Origin: Candidatus Odinarchaeota archaeon
Lineage (GTDB): Archaea > Asgardarchaeota > Lokiarchaeia > Sigyniarchaeales > SOKP01
Reading direction: 5' to 3'
DNA length: 43,880 nt
NCBI GenBank assembly: GCA_048885325.1
Contig: JBHLPZ010000004.1
Coordinates: 1 to 43,880, forward strand
This document shows positions 19,682-28,601 of this stretch, piece by piece (position 1 is the first letter of the stretch; each line of letters opens with the position of its first letter). The notes under the pieces were generated by a model. It did no database searches, was not told the origin of the DNA, and was given only the letters and a program-made list of their open reading frames with translations. The position numbers and the translations under genes are program-made.

Positions 19682-20668
19682 TTAAATGAGTTTCTTAACA
19701 TTTTCCTGAATTAATCCTGCATTTGGAACAACTTTTTTTTCTAATTTTGGAGAATATGGAATTGGAACATCTGGGGTGTTAATTCTTATAATCTTTTTCT
19801 TTAAATATTGAAAACCCTCTTCTGCAACAAATGCTGCAATTTCTGCACTAACTGAACAAGTTTTACAACCCTCATCAACAATAATCAACTTTCCTGTTTT
19901 TTCAACTGAATTTAGGATTGTTTTTTTATCCAATGGAACTAAAGTCCTTAGATCAATAACTTCACAGTGAATATTTTCTTCTTTCAATTTAGTAGCTGCT
20001 ATTACACTTTCTTGCACCATAGCGCCTGTAGCAACTATTGTCGCATCATCTCCTTCAGTGAAGAGCCTTGCTTGTCCAAATGGGATTGTGAAATTTTTAT
20101 CTAAAGGGACATCACCAGTAAGGTAATATGCTCTTTTATTTTCAAAAAATATTACTGGATCATCGTCTCGTATAGCAGTTTTCATTAAACCTTTAAAATC
20201 ACTTGCTTCCGATGGCAATACAACTTTTAAACCGGGCACATGCATAAACCATGATTCAAAAGATTGTGAGTGTTGTGCCGCTCCAATTATACCAGTTCCA
20301 AATGGAACTCTAATTGTAACGGGAACGGAAATTTGACCACCATACATATATCTTGCTTTTGCTGCTTGATTAACAATCATATCCATACATACAGTCAGGA
20401 AGTCTGCAAACATTATTTCTGCAATAGGGCGCATACCAGCCATAGCTGCTCCAATTGCACAACCCAAAATTGCATTTTCACTAATCGGTGTATCACGAAC
20501 TCTCTTAGGGCCAAATTTTTCTAACAGGCCTTCTGTTACAAAAAAAGCACCACCAAATTTCCCAATATCTTCTCCCATTATGAATACAGATTCATCACGT
20601 TCCATTTCTTCTTCAATAGCTAACCTTATGGCATCTAAGCCTCTCATTGTTTTAGTTTCTTCCACCAA
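19682..20668 (-). CDS. 2-oxoacid/acetoin dehydrogenase E1 beta subunit
   Basis: MGEDIG, DTPISE, AEIMFADF, AAQHSQ, DPVIFFE, IDLRTL; start placed just after the alpha-subunit stop. Confidence 0.93.
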   Translation of the reverse strand: MVEETKTMRGLDAIRLAIEEEMERDESVFIMGEDIGKFGGAFFVTEGLLEKFGPKRVRDTPISENAILGCAIGAAMAGMRPIAEIMFADFLTVCMDMIVNQAAKARYMYGGQISVPVTIRVPFGTGIIGAAQHSQSFESWFMHVPGLKVVLPSEASDFKGLMKTAIRDDDPVIFFENKRAYYLTGDVPLDKNFTIPFGQARLFTEGDDATIVATGAMVQESVIAATKLKEENIHCEVIDLRTLVPLDKKTILNSVEKTGKLIIVDEGCKTCSVSAEIAAFVAEEGFQYLKKKIIRINTPDVPIPYSPKLEKKVVPNAGLIQENVKKLI

Positions 20669-20669
20669 C

Positions 20670-21677
20670 TTAATTCCCTCCATGTTTAATTGGTTTTTTG
20701 TAGACATCATCTAGAACAGTGCTAGGATCTGGATTTTTACTTTTTCTAGCAAATTTAAAACTTTCATCTACTTTTGCTAAAGTTACTTCCTCAATTTCTT
20801 GAATCATAGCTTTATCAATGATCTCCCCCCTGATAAGTCTTGTTTTATAGGCTTTTATTGGACATCTATTTTTCCATTCCTCTTTTTCCTCAGCAGGGCG
20901 ATAATTATCAGAATCCATTATTGTTTGGCCTTGCCACCTATAAGTCTTACATTCAATCAATGTAGGTCCTCCCCCTTTTCTTGCAACTTCAACTGCTTCT
21001 TTTACGGTCTTATATACCTCGATTACATCATTACCATCAATAGTAAGACCTTTCATTCCGTATCCCTCTGCTCTGAGAGAAAAGTCTTCAATAGCCGTTA
21101 CATTTTGAGTATGGGTACTCCATCCATACAAGTTATTTTCTAAAATAAAAATTACAGGAAGTTTCCATGCAGCCGCAAGATTCATTGACTCATGGAGCAT
21201 TCCCTGATTTGCAGCCCCATCTCCAAAGAAAGTAAGAACAATCTTACCTTCATTTCTCATTTTTGAAGCCAAAGCGACTCCAAGGGCTAATGGAGGTCCT
21301 GCACCTACAATTCCATTGGCTCCTAGCATACTTTTAGAAAAATCAGCAACATGCATCGATCCACCACGTCCCTTGCAAATCCCACCTTCTTTTCCATATA
21401 TTTCTGCCATTAAAGAATTGACATCCCCACCTTTAGCAATAAAATGACCATGTCCTCTGTGTGTAGAAGTAATACAATCATCTTCATTAATCGCCATACA
21501 AGCTCCAACAGCAATAGCTTCTTCACCTGTATATGTGTGAACGAAAGGTGCTTTGATTTTACCAAAATCTTTGGTAATTCTAAGTTCAAATTCACGAATT
21601 AATAACATCTTCTTATATATATTAATCAACTCATCGGAACTCAATTCTTTAGGTAATTCATCACTATTCATTACCAT
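20670..21677 (-). CDS. 2-oxoacid/acetoin dehydrogenase E1 alpha subunit (TPP-dependent)
   Basis: GEEA, TSTHRGHGH, GRGGSMH, GDGAANQG..ENN TPP motif, ECKTYR. Confidence 0.93.
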   Translation of the reverse strand: MVMNSDELPKELSSDELINIYKKMLLIREFELRITKDFGKIKAPFVHTYTGEEAIAVGACMAINEDDCITSTHRGHGHFIAKGGDVNSLMAEIYGKEGGICKGRGGSMHVADFSKSMLGANGIVGAGPPLALGVALASKMRNEGKIVLTFFGDGAANQGMLHESMNLAAAWKLPVIFILENNLYGWSTHTQNVTAIEDFSLRAEGYGMKGLTIDGNDVIEVYKTVKEAVEVARKGGGPTLIECKTYRWQGQTIMDSDNYRPAEEKEEWKNRCPIKAYKTRLIRGEIIDKAMIQEIEEVTLAKVDESFKFARKSKNPDPSTVLDDVYKKPIKHGGN

Positions 21678-21880
21678 CCACCTAGATTTCTTATTTAAAT
21701 TATTGAATTATATTTTTAATATGATTAATTTCTTATTGTATTAAATTGGATTTGAAATATTTAATTCTTTCTTGGAATTATCTTATTCTAAAGAAAACAC
21801 ATGTAACTAATCAGCTTAAATTTTGAAACGTGGAATAAAGCATTTATTAAAATAAAAAAAAAAGGTTTAAGTTAAATAAT

Positions 21881-22660
21881 TTAATCTCTGAAACCATAAT
21901 ATACGTTAACAAGTAATAATAAGAGATTTCGAATTGTAATTTCATAATAAGGTAATGAATAGATTGTATAATCCCATCCTATTGTAAATGAGAGTAAAGA
22001 TATAAATACAGCAATAAAAACTAATATAGAAAAAATGCTTCTTCCTTTATTTAACCACCAACTAGGTTTCTGATTATCTATTTTTGCAAGAATTTCAAAT
22101 TTTGAGAGATTCTGATAATCTGGAATCGTTTCGATCTGCTTTTTTAATTTTCGTCTTTGTCTAGCTAGTCCAATTGCTCTGAAGAAAGTACCAACGAAAT
22201 ATAAACAAATTATAACGAGAATATCGAATAACGTATTTGTAGTTTCAAATGGAATATTTGGACCGAATGCATTTATGAGTATAATTAAAATAAGTATTAG
22301 TAGTAATGAAATTCTTACTGTATATTTAGGTAAATATAGAGGCTTTTTCTCTCTTCTTTTCTCTTCTTTAGTTTTTTCCGGATTTTTTACTTCTTTGATT
22401 AATTTTAATCTATCTTCACCACCCTTTCTTGCTTCAAAGTAAAATGCCACTAGAATAAAAATTGCGTTGGTTATAACTCCAGGAATTTCTTGATCTACCA
22501 ATAAGTAACTGAAAGGAAAAGATACGATCATCAAGGTAATTATAGCTCTAACTGTTCCCTTAGGCATTCCAAGTGGCTGGCCTTCAATTTTACCACCTTC
22601 TCTAAATCTTGCTACTAAACACCAAATAATTACGAGGGCACCTAAAATCCAAGTAATCAT
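21881..22660 (-). CDS. Integral membrane protein with an internal duplication
   Basis: About 7 hydrophobic helices; PLGMPKGTVR repeated as PLYLPKYTVR. Confidence 0.75.
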   Translation of the reverse strand: MITWILGALVIIWCLVARFREGGKIEGQPLGMPKGTVRAIITLMIVSFPFSYLLVDQEIPGVITNAIFILVAFYFEARKGGEDRLKLIKEVKNPEKTKEEKRREKKPLYLPKYTVRISLLLILILIILINAFGPNIPFETTNTLFDILVIICLYFVGTFFRAIGLARQRRKLKKQIETIPDYQNLSKFEILAKIDNQKPSWWLNKGRSIFSILVFIAVFISLLSFTIGWDYTIYSLPYYEITIRNLLLLLVNVYYGFRD

Positions 22661-22783
22661 AATTTTATCACTTCAACATAATTTGCAATATAATAATTAG
22701 TATCTCAATTTTAAAAAAAGTTAATCTATAGAGAATTAAAAATATTAATATTTTTCCCAAAATAACACATTAATAGAGTTGTA

Positions 22784-23779
22784 ATGAATAACGCAGAATT
22801 TAAAAAATATTTGAAAGAAAGAAAAGTTGAGAGTCAAGTCATTACAAAATTTATTGAACAAATTAAGAATTATGAAAGATTTCTCTCTAAAGAAAACCTA
22901 ACCCTCGAAATAAGTTTACCTGAAAAGATTATGGAATATTCTGAATATCTCGTCTCTCTTGATGAACAATTTGTTTTAGATTTCCTAAGAGCGATAATGT
23001 ACTACGCTAATTTTTCTAAGAGATATGAATTTATTACTAAAGTAATAGATATTAGTGAATCATATAATGCAATGGATAATTTGTACTCGAGAATAGCAGA
23101 ATTTTATGGCGAATCTTTAAGAGATGAAATCTTTGAAAATTTAATCATTCCACCACTCGGTATTCATCCTGAGAAGAAACCAGAATTTACAAAGATTATT
23201 TTAAAAAGACTGGAAAAGAAAATTGGGAAGGAAAAAATTGTTGATCTCCTTTCTCCATGCCTTCATGGACGACCTCCAGATGATATTGATGGTGATAAAA
23301 AACTCCTAAAAGAAAAAGGGATAGATGGTTTTTTAGAGAAAAAACATCAAGATCTAATAGCAAGACTTGAGAAACATAGAGATGAAGGGACTTTAGAATT
23401 TGCACAGAAGATAGACGATGAAATTGTCCAATATGTGAAAGAAAATCAGATGATTGCTGAAGGGATTAGAGATGGAAATATCATATATGTGTCAAAACTT
23501 CCTTACCAAATGAGGAAGTTTTTAGATGTTAAAGATGATAGAATGAAGAAATTTTTTATTTGTTATTGTCCTTGGATTAGAGGAGCAATAAAAAATGGTA
23601 CCGAAAAAGAAATTACAGAAGATTTCTGTCATTGTAGCGCGGGTTGGTACAAGCTTTATTGGGAACAACTTTTCGAGCAATCAATCAAGGTTGAACCTGT
23701 ACTAACCGTATTAAATGGTGCTTTTGAATGTAAATTCGCAATTCATATCCCTAAAAGTATACTTAATACGAATAGGTGA
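22784..23779 (+). CDS. DUF6144-like Cys-motif protein (V4R/H-NOX-like C-terminal fold)
   Basis: CYCPW, FCHCSAGW..WEQLF..VE..TVLNG..CKF pattern. Confidence 0.65.
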   Translation: MNNAEFKKYLKERKVESQVITKFIEQIKNYERFLSKENLTLEISLPEKIMEYSEYLVSLDEQFVLDFLRAIMYYANFSKRYEFITKVIDISESYNAMDNLYSRIAEFYGESLRDEIFENLIIPPLGIHPEKKPEFTKIILKRLEKKIGKEKIVDLLSPCLHGRPPDDIDGDKKLLKEKGIDGFLEKKHQDLIARLEKHRDEGTLEFAQKIDDEIVQYVKENQMIAEGIRDGNIIYVSKLPYQMRKFLDVKDDRMKKFFICYCPWIRGAIKNGTEKEITEDFCHCSAGWYKLYWEQLFEQSIKVEPVLTVLNGAFECKFAIHIPKSILNTNR

Positions 23780-23809
23780 AAAATATTTAGCGTTATATAG
23801 TATTTATTA

Positions 23810-23956
23810 TCAAATATTATTTCCTTCCCTAATTCTTTCTTTTAATTTTTTGAAAGCATATTTCCAAGCTTTTTCAAAGAAATTGCGAGCATCTTGCCAT
23901 TCTTGGGCTTTTCTCAACCCTGTAGATACGCCACAATTAAATTCTTCTTTAATCAT
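23810..23956 (-). pseudogene. Probable gene fragment resembling the C-terminal helix of SRPBCC/AHSA1-like proteins
   Basis: Manual translation MIKEEFNCGVSTGLRKAQEWQDARNFFEKAWKYAFKKLKERIREGNNI*; an in-frame stop lies shortly upstream. Confidence 0.35.
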
Positions 23957-24107
23957 AATGATATTTTCTATATTAAGCACCTTTAAATTATTATTTGCAT
24001 GTCTTCATTTTTGTTAATAGAGTATATCAACCTTAATAGTTAAAATATTTATTATATATTAGATTGATCTAAAAATTATTCTATCTACATCTTTAATTAA
24101 ATTTTAA

Positions 24108-24911
24108 GTGTCAGTTTTTATGAGTGAACAAAATTTAATTTTATATGAAATAAAAGGACGTATTGCTACGATTACAATTAATAGACCTGATAAGGCTAAT
24201 TCTTGTAATGTTGTAATGTTGAAAAAGATTCATGAGAGTTTAATTGATGCGGATAAAAATGAGAAAGTTAAATGTATATTAATTAAGTCTACAGGGAATA
24301 GGTTCTTTTCTGCGGGATATGACCTAAAAGAGATTCAAGGATCTCCTGAAAATGCTAAATTGATCCAAGTATGGGGAAGAAACGTTAATGAAACGATAGT
24401 TTTATTAAAGAAACCTGTGATTGTCCAAGTTCAAGGTATTGCAGTTGGTTTCGGAGTGTTAATAACCTTAGCATCAGACTTACGAGTATTTGCGGATAGA
24501 CCTAAAGATGAGTTGTATCTAAGGCTCCCAGAAATAGCAATATCGGCCTTTCCGCAAACAGGAGCTACCTTCCTTCCTTTAATAGCATTTGGATTAACGT
24601 ACGCAAAAAATCTTCTATTTACTACCGATAAAGCAGGGATACAAGAGTTGAAAAACATAAATTTCCCAACACGGGTATTTCCACTTGATAAACTTGAAGA
24701 AGAAACTCTTAAGTTCGTTAAAGAACTAACTAAATATCAAACAGAATTCTTATTCTTTATAAAATCAATGTTAGCAATCATGAATAAAAGATATATTAAA
24801 TCATTTTTCGATTTAGAAGATGAATGCGGGAAAGCTGCTTATGATAAAGAGAAAAAATCTATGAAGGAGCTTGATGATTTTATAAAAGGTTTACATGAAA
24901 AATATGCTTAA
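24108..24911 (+). CDS. Crotonase-family protein (one catalytic Glu; isomerase-like)
   Basis: INRPDKAN, FSAGYD, AVGFGVL, LPEI; alternative ATG at 24120. Confidence 0.85.
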   Translation: MSVFMSEQNLILYEIKGRIATITINRPDKANSCNVVMLKKIHESLIDADKNEKVKCILIKSTGNRFFSAGYDLKEIQGSPENAKLIQVWGRNVNETIVLLKKPVIVQVQGIAVGFGVLITLASDLRVFADRPKDELYLRLPEIAISAFPQTGATFLPLIAFGLTYAKNLLFTTDKAGIQELKNINFPTRVFPLDKLEEETLKFVKELTKYQTEFLFFIKSMLAIMNKRYIKSFFDLEDECGKAAYDKEKKSMKELDDFIKGLHEKYA

Positions 24912-24960
24912 TCTATTTTTTGAGTAATTAATAAACAATTTTTTTTATTTTTTTTCAAAT

Positions 24961-25335
24961 TTAGCTAGTATTTACAGTTTTAGCTAAACAATATGCTATT
25001 ATAAAAATTATTAAAGTAATAAGGGAAAGAAACCAGAAAGAGATATAAAATATATTTATTATCATGATACCTAATACAACAGGTATTGCTGTAAGTAATA
25101 AAATTTCTTTACGTTCGATTGGCTTACGATCAGCCCATATTAGGAGAATTGTCCATCCCAACATTAAAAAAGCTCCAGTTCCTGTTTGATATTTATAAGA
25201 TATATCTGTGACCACATTTGCTATTAAAGCTGAAAAATCAAATACTATTGACATAATCATATCAAGGAAAACCAATAGATCGAGAATCGCACCATACCAA
25301 TAAGTGAATCTTATAAACAAGATTTTTTTTTCCAT
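24961..25335 (-). CDS. Small integral membrane protein
   Basis: Four hydrophobic segments; LMLGWTILLIWADRKPIERK motif. Confidence 0.75.
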   Translation of the reverse strand: MEKKILFIRFTYWYGAILDLLVFLDMIMSIVFDFSALIANVVTDISYKYQTGTGAFLMLGWTILLIWADRKPIERKEILLLTAIPVVLGIMIINIFYISFWFLSLITLIIFIIAYCLAKTVNTS

Positions 25336-25377
25336 TTATACTGACCTTTTTAAAAATTAAAAAAAATAAGTTTAAAT

Positions 25378-25725
25378 TTATTTCAGATTTATTGTTAGTT
25401 TTTCTAGATTTAGCTTCCAAACTTTTTCAGGAGCTCTTTTACTTTCACTAGGCTTGTAATCTGCCTTAATAATACCAACGCTTTCTAATTCTCTAAGATG
25501 ATAATATAATGATGGTTTCTTTAAATCCTTAAAATCTCCTTTACCACACATACCATGGCATTGTATATTATTATTGATTTTTTCACTTACGCTTTTTAGA
25601 TGGCTAAAAATCTCATCAGAAGATTTTGGACCATCTCGTAAAATATCTATTAAAACCCATCTAATTTCACAATGTAGTACCTTTATATAATCACCTAAAT
25701 TTTCAAGATCTATTTCTTTCGTCAT
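25378..25725 (-). CDS. ArsR-like winged-helix regulator with a Cys/His insertion
   Basis: LHCEIRWVLIDILRDGPKS..SLYYHLRELESVGII..EKVWKL; CHGMCG loop between helices. Confidence 0.8.
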   Translation of the reverse strand: MTKEIDLENLGDYIKVLHCEIRWVLIDILRDGPKSSDEIFSHLKSVSEKINNNIQCHGMCGKGDFKDLKKPSLYYHLRELESVGIIKADYKPSESKRAPEKVWKLNLEKLTINLK

Positions 25726-25905
25726 ATCCTTAAACCATCAAAATCCTATGATATAAAACTTTTAGGAATATTTAAATATATGGTTTGATTAGTTTAATCT
25801 AATATTTAACTAATTAAAAAAATTATAAAAAACTCTATTGTGATAGTTCTACTTGTTCCAAGTATCAAGAAAAACCAAAAATAAAGAATTGGAGGTAAAT
25901 ACATA

Positions 25906-26064
25906 ATGAAAATAAAGGAAATTGAAGAATATGCTTGCGATAAACCTGAAATAAAAGATAAACATCCACAAGGGTGTACTCTAAATCAAATTATCAAATG
26001 CCATGGAGATCAACCTATCAACGAGCTTTTAAAGCACATTCAATTAGATGAAGAAGAGAAATAA
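25906..26064 (+). CDS. 52-aa Cys/His micro-protein, putative metal binder (not in the ORF track)
   Basis: GGAGGT RBS at 25891-25896; MKIKEIEEYACDKPEIKDKHPQGCTLNQIIKCHGDQPINELLKHIQLDEEEK*; 27 nt before the ABC gene. Confidence 0.75.
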   Translation: MKIKEIEEYACDKPEIKDKHPQGCTLNQIIKCHGDQPINELLKHIQLDEEEK

Positions 26065-26091
26065 AAAAAATCTTAGAATAGAGGTATTAAA

Positions 26092-27081
26092 ATGAGCGCT
26101 ATAATTGTAAATAATCTAGCCAAATATTTTGAATCCCCAAAAAAAGGGAAACTTGGGAAAATGGGACCAAATAGTCCGCAGAGAACGAAGAATATAATTC
26201 GTGCAGTTGATAATGTTAACTTTGAGGTGAAAAAGGGGGAAATCTTTGGATTTCTAGGTCCTAATGGTGCTGGAAAAACAACCACGATTCGTATGATGAC
26301 AGGGGTATTAAAACCTACTAAAGGAAATGTATCTATATTTGGGCATGATGTATGGAAAAATCAAATTCTCGTCAAGCAGATTACTGGAAATGTTCCTGAG
26401 GAGGCCAACGTATATTTTGAAATGTCAGGTTTACAAAATTTGATGTTTATTGGAGAAATATATGGTGTTCCTAAAAAAATCCGCTTAAAACGAGCAGAGG
26501 CTCTACTTAAGAAATTTGAATTATATGAAAAGCGTAATATGAAATCAATGAAATATTCAAAGGGAATGAAACAAAGATTATTGCTATGTATGGCATTAAT
26601 GAGTGATCCAGAAATCCTATTTCTTGATGAACCAACAAGTGGATTGGATGTACAATCTGCTCGCATTATTAAACAATTGATTAGAGAATATAATGAAAAA
26701 GGTGTGACGATCTTCCTAACGACTCATGATATGGAGGTAGCAAACGAGTTATGTCATAGGATCGCAATTATTCATCATGGTAAAATCATAAGTTTGGATA
26801 CTCCTAAAAACTTGAAAAATTTAACTCAAGAATATAAAGCAATCGATTTTTATTTTGCTAATGGAGTAAATAAAAATAAAATTGAAGAATTAAGCACAGT
26901 GAGAGAAGTTCAAGAGGTAAGAGAAGGTTTTCACATAATTGTAGAAGATGTCCATGAAAGTATATGTGAAATAATAGATTTCATAAAGCAGAATCATCTA
27001 ATTATAAAACAATTAAATACACATCAACCAAAATTAGAAGATGCATTTTTAAAAATCATTGAAAGGGGTGGTAAAAATTAA
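26092..27081 (+). CDS. ABC-2 type exporter ATP-binding subunit (DrrA-like)
   Basis: GPNGAGKTT Walker A, YSKGMKQR signature, ILFLDEPTSGLD, TTH, C-terminal LEDAF. Confidence 0.93.
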   Translation: MSAIIVNNLAKYFESPKKGKLGKMGPNSPQRTKNIIRAVDNVNFEVKKGEIFGFLGPNGAGKTTTIRMMTGVLKPTKGNVSIFGHDVWKNQILVKQITGNVPEEANVYFEMSGLQNLMFIGEIYGVPKKIRLKRAEALLKKFELYEKRNMKSMKYSKGMKQRLLLCMALMSDPEILFLDEPTSGLDVQSARIIKQLIREYNEKGVTIFLTTHDMEVANELCHRIAIIHHGKIISLDTPKNLKNLTQEYKAIDFYFANGVNKNKIEELSTVREVQEVREGFHIIVEDVHESICEIIDFIKQNHLIIKQLNTHQPKLEDAFLKIIERGGKN

Positions 27082-27865
27082 TAAGGAGTACTTAATTGCA
27101 AAAAAATCCAAATTTAGAAATTTTAAAACACAAATAAAGAGATCTTTTACAATAACTAAAAAAGATTTAAAAATTTATTACAATAAACCACCTGTATTAA
27201 TTCAAGGAATATTTTTTCCGATAATTCTATTTCTTGCTTTTACAATAGGAAGAACTATTTCACCAGTTTATCTTATTTCTGGAATAATAGCAATGGTTCT
27301 TTTCTTGACTTCAACATCATTGGGACCAATCATTTTTCCATGGGAGACTATGCGTGGTACTTTTGAGCGTTTAACTACTTGTCCAGTTTCAATTAAAACT
27401 ATATTAGTTGGTAGTATTTGGGGTTCATTTATATATGGCTTGTTATTCTCATCAATTCCTTTAGTCTTAGGAGTACTATTTCTGTCAAGTGGATTGCTTA
27501 TTAATTATTTTCTAATTATTACCGGTATGATTATTTCTGCACTAGTCTTTTCTAGTTTTAGTTTGATTATGTCTGCTCCACCAACAAAAAATCCTGGAAA
27601 TACAATGATTTTACAAATTTTCATTAAATTTCCATTACTATTTATTAGCCCGCTTTTTATGCCCATTGCTTCACTGCCAACTGCGATAATATCTCCACTT
27701 ACATATTCTCTTGATATAATAAATGTAGGGTTAGGAGAAGTTAGTGCATTCGGACCGTTTGGATTAATAATTGACATTTTAGTTTTATTAGGATTCGGAT
27801 TTGGTTTTCTATCTTTAGCTTTCGCTATACATCAAAAAACACTGGAAAAAAGATTTCAAGGTTAA
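27059..27865 (+). CDS. ABC-2 type exporter permease
   Basis: About 6 TM segments, E..GTFERLTTCPVS, SPLTY motifs; overlaps the ATPase end. Confidence 0.9.
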   Translation: MKGVVKINKEYLIAKKSKFRNFKTQIKRSFTITKKDLKIYYNKPPVLIQGIFFPIILFLAFTIGRTISPVYLISGIIAMVLFLTSTSLGPIIFPWETMRGTFERLTTCPVSIKTILVGSIWGSFIYGLLFSSIPLVLGVLFLSSGLLINYFLIITGMIISALVFSSFSLIMSAPPTKNPGNTMILQIFIKFPLLFISPLFMPIASLPTAIISPLTYSLDIINVGLGEVSAFGPFGLIIDILVLLGFGFGFLSLAFAIHQKTLEKRFQG

Positions 27866-27881
27866 CACATACTCTTAATCC

Positions 27882-27891
27882 TTTTTTTTTT
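27882..27891 (+). terminator. Poly-T archaeal-type terminator
   Basis: T10 run starting 17 nt after the permease stop. Confidence 0.5.
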
Positions 27892-27936
27892 AAAGTTTTG
27901 ATAAATGTACTATCCACTCTATCTTGGATGAAAACA

Positions 27937-27994
27937 TTTAAATATAAAGTTAACATATATTCTCATATGAGAATATTCTCAAATGAGAATATTC
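27937..27994 (+). promoter_or_regulatory. TATA box followed by a tandem palindromic operator (likely PadR site)
   Basis: TTTAAATA 27937-27944; perfect 20-bp palindrome ATATTCTCATATGAGAATAT 27957-27976; overlapping GAATATTCTCA-AA-TGAGAATATTC 27971-27994. Confidence 0.75.
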
Positions 27995-28019
27995 AATTTT
28001 TTAAAAAATTAAGATTAGG

Positions 28020-28601
28020 ATGTCTGAAAACTCAGAAAATGGATTAACTCATAAGCAATTTGTTTTACTAGGTTTAGTCGCAGAATTTCCTAGCCACGCT
28101 TATAATATAAATCAGAGAATAGAAGAGAGAGGTATGAGAGCTTGGACTGCAATTGGGAAGTCTTCAATTTACCGGGTTATAGGTGAATTGGAAGACGCCG
28201 AATTTGTAGAGTTTTATGAAGAAGAAGTAGATAATAGAGTTCGAAAGGTTTACACATTAACTGATCTTGGATTTAAAGTGTTAAAGAAAAAGATGATTAA
28301 TGTATTATCTGAATTTATGGGGAAAAAAGATGAGGATTTCTATGTTGCCTTTTCAATGCTTCCTTTATTATCAAGAGGAGAACAAATTAAAGCAATTAAT
28401 CATTCATTAGCCAAAATAAAAAAACATAAAAAAGGATTAGAGTGGATGTTAGAGCAGAATTCTCATATGCCATTGAATGTTAGAGGTCTTTTTGAACATC
28501 CTATTAGGATATTAGGAACTGATATTGAATTTTTGGAATGGGTTTTAGAAGAAATTAAGAAAGGGGGAGGCCAAATTGACTCAGAATCATATGGTAAATA
28601 A
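28020..28601 (+). CDS. PadR-family transcriptional regulator
   Basis: LLGLV..PSHAY.I..SSIYRVIGELE..RKVYTLTDLG, plus long C-terminal helices. Confidence 0.9.
   Translation: MSENSENGLTHKQFVLLGLVAEFPSHAYNINQRIEERGMRAWTAIGKSSIYRVIGELEDAEFVEFYEEEVDNRVRKVYTLTDLGFKVLKKKMINVLSEFMGKKDEDFYVAFSMLPLLSRGEQIKAINHSLAKIKKHKKGLEWMLEQNSHMPLNVRGLFEHPIRILGTDIEFLEWVLEEIKKGGGQIDSESYGK

Noticed and set aside
9334-21744. Short ORFs starting at 9334, 12103, 15270, 20270, 20799, 21410 and 21553
   Set aside because: They overlap well-supported genes and have shadow-like composition.
27957-27994. Repeat as a possible mini-CRISPR or transposon end
   Set aside because: Only two contiguous units with no spacers, cas genes or transposase; its position over a TSS fits an operator.
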